Below, in pieces: positions 60,190 through 64,000 of a stretch of 64,000 nt of DNA (positions within the stretch are counted from its first letter, which is position 1; each line of letters begins with the position of its first letter). The notes under the pieces were generated by a model. That model searched no databases, was not told the DNA's origin, and saw nothing but the letters and a program-made list of their open reading frames with translations. Source of the DNA: Guillardia theta CCMP2712 (taxonomy: Eukaryota > Protista > Cryptophyta); NCBI RefSeq assembly GCF_000315625.1, contig NW_005434647.1:229132-293131 (forward strand), in the 5' to 3' direction. The position numbers and the translations under genes are program-made.

Positions 60190-60429
60190 NNNNNNNNNNN
60201 NNNNNNNNNNNNNNNNNNNNNNNNNNNNNNNNNNNNNNNNNNNNNNNNNNNNNNNNNNNNNNNNNNNNNNNNNNNNNNNNNNNNNNNNNNNNNNNNNNNN
60301 NNNNNNNNNNNNNNNNNNNNNNNNNNNNNNNNNNNNNNNNNNNNNNNNNNNNNNNNNNNNNNNNNNNNNNNNNNNNNNNNNNNNNNNNNNNNNNNNNNNN
60401 NNNNNNNNNNNNNNNNNNNNNNNNNNNNN
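60190..60429. other. Assembly gap (N run) flanked by poly-G
   Basis: N run. Confidence 0.99.
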
Positions 60430-60719
60430 GGGGGGGGGATGGTAAATAGGGGGCAGAGAGGCAGCCATGTGGAAGTCGCCGATACGACGGGGGGTAGGGG
60501 TAGCCGCGAGGGATGGGTATGAGGGAGTGGGGTACTTTGAAACACCGGTGCTTTTCATTGCCAAAAACAGAGAGATAGGGGTGGGGGGGTGAGAAAAAGT
60601 CTTTTTTGGGGCTAGAGTGCCTTGGGAGGTGGAGAGGGTGGGGAGATGGTGGGTCATTTGGTATATTATACGGGGGTGGTCATCAGCTTTAGAGATAAAA
60701 TAGTTATATAATCGACGTC

Positions 60720-61340
60720 GAGCGCGCACTGTTCAGTGCCATCAGCCGCTCAGTCACTCGGCCCCCGACTTAGGCTCGGCCCGGCCGGGCCGGCGGGCCG
60801 GGCCGCGCGCCGCCGGTCACCGGGTACCGCACTCAGTCGGTTCGTCCACTGTGGTCCGAAGTACGGTAGACTTAGTAGATGGCAAACTTCAGAACCTGGC
60901 CCTAGTAGGACTCCAATCAGGCTACCGGGACTCTGACGCTGCCGCAGCCTCCGTGCGCCCGGCCGGGAGGCTTCAAGGAGGCTTATCAGATCGGACACGG
61001 TACGGTCAGTCGATCTGAGGTCAGTGTTCAACTTGGAGACGGTCACCGGCCGCAGTGAGTTAAAAATCAGTCCGATCAACTTAGGCAACTTGCGGCAAGG
61101 CTGCCAGGCCCGGATCATGGCACCGTTCAAGTTGCGACTGACCATGTGACCCGGCAACAAGTTGCATGGCAATCACGGTTCATGATCACCGTACGGTACC
61201 GTACGATGATTCAACTTACTGACACGGTCCTGATCTACCTTACAATGAAGTGACTGAGATCATCAGTCACGGTGTTTGTCAGGGTGAACTTAGTTCCACG
61301 CCGGCCGCGCCGCATCATCATCCATGGCCGCATGGCAAGG
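60720..61340. repeat. GC-rich palindromic-word mosaic island (intergenic)
   Basis: 16-bp palindrome cgtacggtaccgtacg at 61190, and gttaaaaatcagt at 61059. Confidence 0.6.
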
Positions 61341-62239
61341 TGAGGGAGTTTTCTCAGGCTGGGACTGATCGGATCGTTCTATCTCGGGTGCCACAGCAGC
61401 TCTCGGGCAAGTTTCATCTGACCCATCGCTCATGAGCTCGGCGAGTCGATTTTTAGAGATGCGCGCTCACCTGCTTTTTCTTTTTGGATCCTCCCATGAT
61501 AATTTTTTTTCTCCACTGTTGTTTGTTTGCTTTCAAGTCATTGGGGATACAGTTCACGGGCGAGGCTTGTTGTTGTTTTTGTTGATGATGATGATGATGA
61601 TGAGTCTTCAGGTCAGTCACGAACGAGCAATCGTGCGCTCTAATACAACAAAAGGCTCAGGTTTCGACCTGTTTACAAACTCGGATGAACAAATCGCTTC
61701 AACTCCATGAACGTCACGCGAAGCCCAAGAGGAGGAGGAGGGGCAAGGGAGAGTCCATGCCGAGAAGGACGCCATGGCACAGCATCTGCGAGCTGCCTGC
61801 TCTGATGCCTCGCACCATGGCGAGGAGTAGGATAGGTTACTTCTCCGTCAGCCCAGCAGCTCCAGACTTCCAGCTCGTCCTACAAGTTGACGACTAAAGT
61901 GTCGTACGAGGAGGAGGAGGAGGAGGAGGAGGAGGAAGGGAAAAGGAGGCGGGGGGGTGGGAGGAGGAGGAGGAGGAGGAGGATATTCTTCCTGAGCTCC
62001 TCCGCTTGATTACCATTCAATCTCCTCCGAGGAGATCGAGGCAGATGGAGTGGAGAGAGAGAGGTGGAGGAGAATGAACCTCTACAGGCTCACAACCCCC
62101 CAATCGCTGTCCCATCGCTCCTCCCTCCCCACCTCCACCTCCTTCCGCTCCTGGTCACGTTTCTTAGAGCCTCGCCGTCATGACGTTTTTTCTTTTTGCC
62201 GGACTGTTTGGGAGGGAAAGTAAATTCAGGAGGCGGATC

Positions 62240-63922
62240 ATGGCGGGGGGGGAGGAGAGGGAGGAGAGGGAATGGAGGGGAGAGGACATGGAAGCGGCGA
62301 GGAGAGAGGAGATCGGGGAGTATGACAGGGTCGCCTACCCCTTCGACCACCTCTTCAGGAGGATGATGCAGGTGACCGGGGGGGGGAAGGGTGGGGGGGC
62401 GGTCGTGCAGGGCGCGGCGCTAATGGCAAATGTGGAAGATGGAGGGGAGCGAGCTGGAGCTGAAGGAGGTCCATAGGATGCTCATGACAGACAAGGTCCC
62501 TCTCATGCCCTCCCTCCTCCACGCGTTCCAGGCGCGACTTCGCTCATGCGCCAACTGCCGGCTGACGCCCTGCCATGAGCAGGTTGCTGGGTACAAGTGC
62601 CCCAAGAGCTGGAACAAGGCGAGGTCGAGGAAGAAGGAGAGGTGAGACGCATCTCCCTTCCTCCTCCTGCTGCTGCTGCTGCCTGCTGCCTGCTGCCTGC
62701 TGCTGCTGCTGCTCCTCCTCCTCCTCCTCCTCCTCCTCTCCCCGCCCCCCCAACGTTTCACTTCCTCCTTGACTTCATGCCCCTACAAGGCTGCAGAAGT
62801 TCGTCGCCACCAAGGCCTTCCGCGACTTCCAGGAGGTCTTCAGCAGCTTCGTGCAGGAGGTGGTGGTCCCCTGCGTGGGAGATCGGGAGGGCGTCATGTA
62901 TCAGTTCCCTCCTACCTTCAGGGTCCAGGTTCCCTCCGACAAGCCCGTCGGCATCCCGCACAAGGACGCGGACTATCCGAGCCATGTGGACACAGAGATC
63001 AATTTCTGGGTACCGGTGACCAGTGCGTCCTGCGTGCTGCTGCCGTGCTGCTGCCTTGACGCTGCGCAGAGGTGTGGGGAGCAAACTCTCTGCATACCGA
63101 GAGCGCGCCAGGTAGGGAGGAGGCGTCGGCCGGGGTGATCGGGGAGGGAGGGAGGAGGAAATGGAGGAGGAAGATGAGTAGCTGATGATGGAAGCTGCGA
63201 TGGGGAGGACCAGGAGCAGGAGGAACGAGCGTGTGCGAACAGCCGACTCTGCCCTGCAGGTCTTGGCGACTTCCACCCCTTCGAGTTGGAGTTCGGGCAG
63301 TTCGTGCGGTTCTGGGGCAACCAGTGCCATCATTACACGGTCATGCTGAGAAATCTGCCGATGCGTGTGGAGGTTGGGAGAAAGAGAGTTGCAATACGGA
63401 AAGATGAGAGATGAGAAAATGAGAGGAGAGAAGAGAGACAGAGACAGAGACAGAGACAGAGCGAGAGAGAGAAAGAGATGATAAGAGATGAGTTTTGAAT
63501 TTCAAGGCTCTTGACGTGGCTACCTGAGGTTTGATCTCTATGATTGACTTCGTCCCCTCAGGTTGCAAACACCACTGACTCCACAAGAGTTAGTTTCGAC
63601 TTCCGTGTTATCCCGGCATCAGTTTACACGTATTGCTACTCCCTCCTCTCCCTCCTCCCGCTCCTCTTCCTCCTCCTGTGTTTCCTCCTCGCACTCTCAG
63701 GCTCTTTGATATCTTCTATTAGTCTTTTCGCTCCCTCATCCTTTCCAGCCCTCCCCTCATGCTGCCTGTAGCAACCAGTTCAAGGGCTACATTGGCGACT
63801 ATCCCACGCGACTCGCCAGGGGGACGAGAATGCATGTGGCGAAGGTGAGGTGGGTGAGTTGGATGTGTCAACGTGACATTTGCGATAAGAAAATGTTCGA
63901 GGAGGTTGTCGATAGGATGTAA
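62240..63922 (+). CDS. StrG-like 2OG/Fe(II)-dioxygenase-fold protein, multi-exon
   Basis: Motifs: YQFPPTFRVQVP, PHKDADY..HVDTEINFWVPVT, WGANSLHTES, FWGNQCHHYT, NTTDSTRVSFDFRVIP (HxD...H...R pattern). The 3' end is approximate. Confidence 0.75.
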
Positions 63923-64000
63923 GTAGCCTCCGTCCTCCATCTCGATCTGATACTTCACTTCTCTTTCTCTCCTCCTCCTCCTCCACCAAGGGGGGGGGGT

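Noticed and set aside
61685-62180. Small ORFs upstream of the StrG-like gene
   Set aside because: Frames are ambiguous on both strands, with no supporting motif.
62532-62582. Possible 51-nt GC-AG intron
   Set aside because: It is in frame with no stop, so it cannot be told apart from coding sequence without transcripts.

Overview
Gene-dense, intron-rich eukaryotic nuclear DNA. It is inferred to be a cryptophyte-like alga, from short GT-AG introns with CTGAC/CTAAT branch sites, bipartite signal peptides with +1 Phe, and flagellar genes. Manual splicing gives about 20 genes: a p300/CBP-type HAT-domain protein, a hidden small membrane protein, a CDF transporter, an alpha-kinase, a bZIP factor, a small membrane protein, SAS-4/CENPJ-like, CFAP161, F-box/LRR, an MBD4-like glycosylase, a WD40-like protein, a mitochondrial carrier, a FabF-like KAS, an LRR/coiled-coil protein, SVIP-like, glomulin-like, a large 26-aa-repeat protein, a zf-4CXXC_R1 protein, a bHLH-helical/TPR fusion and a StrG-like dioxygenase. 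Most notable are five things. (1) A plastid-targeted FabF paralog with Cys->Ala and His->Asn at the active site, resembling a chain-length factor or decarboxylase. (2) A bHLH factor spliced in frame to an NPHP3/TEP1-like post-NACHT module with no NTPase. (3) A likely pseudo-HAT. (4) A possible Bro-N / right-handed coiled-coil / Tudor-like protein. (5) Intergenic GC-rich islands built from a small palindromic vocabulary that share a 29-nt core. Exon boundaries and family calls were made by eye from recalled motifs, without database searches.
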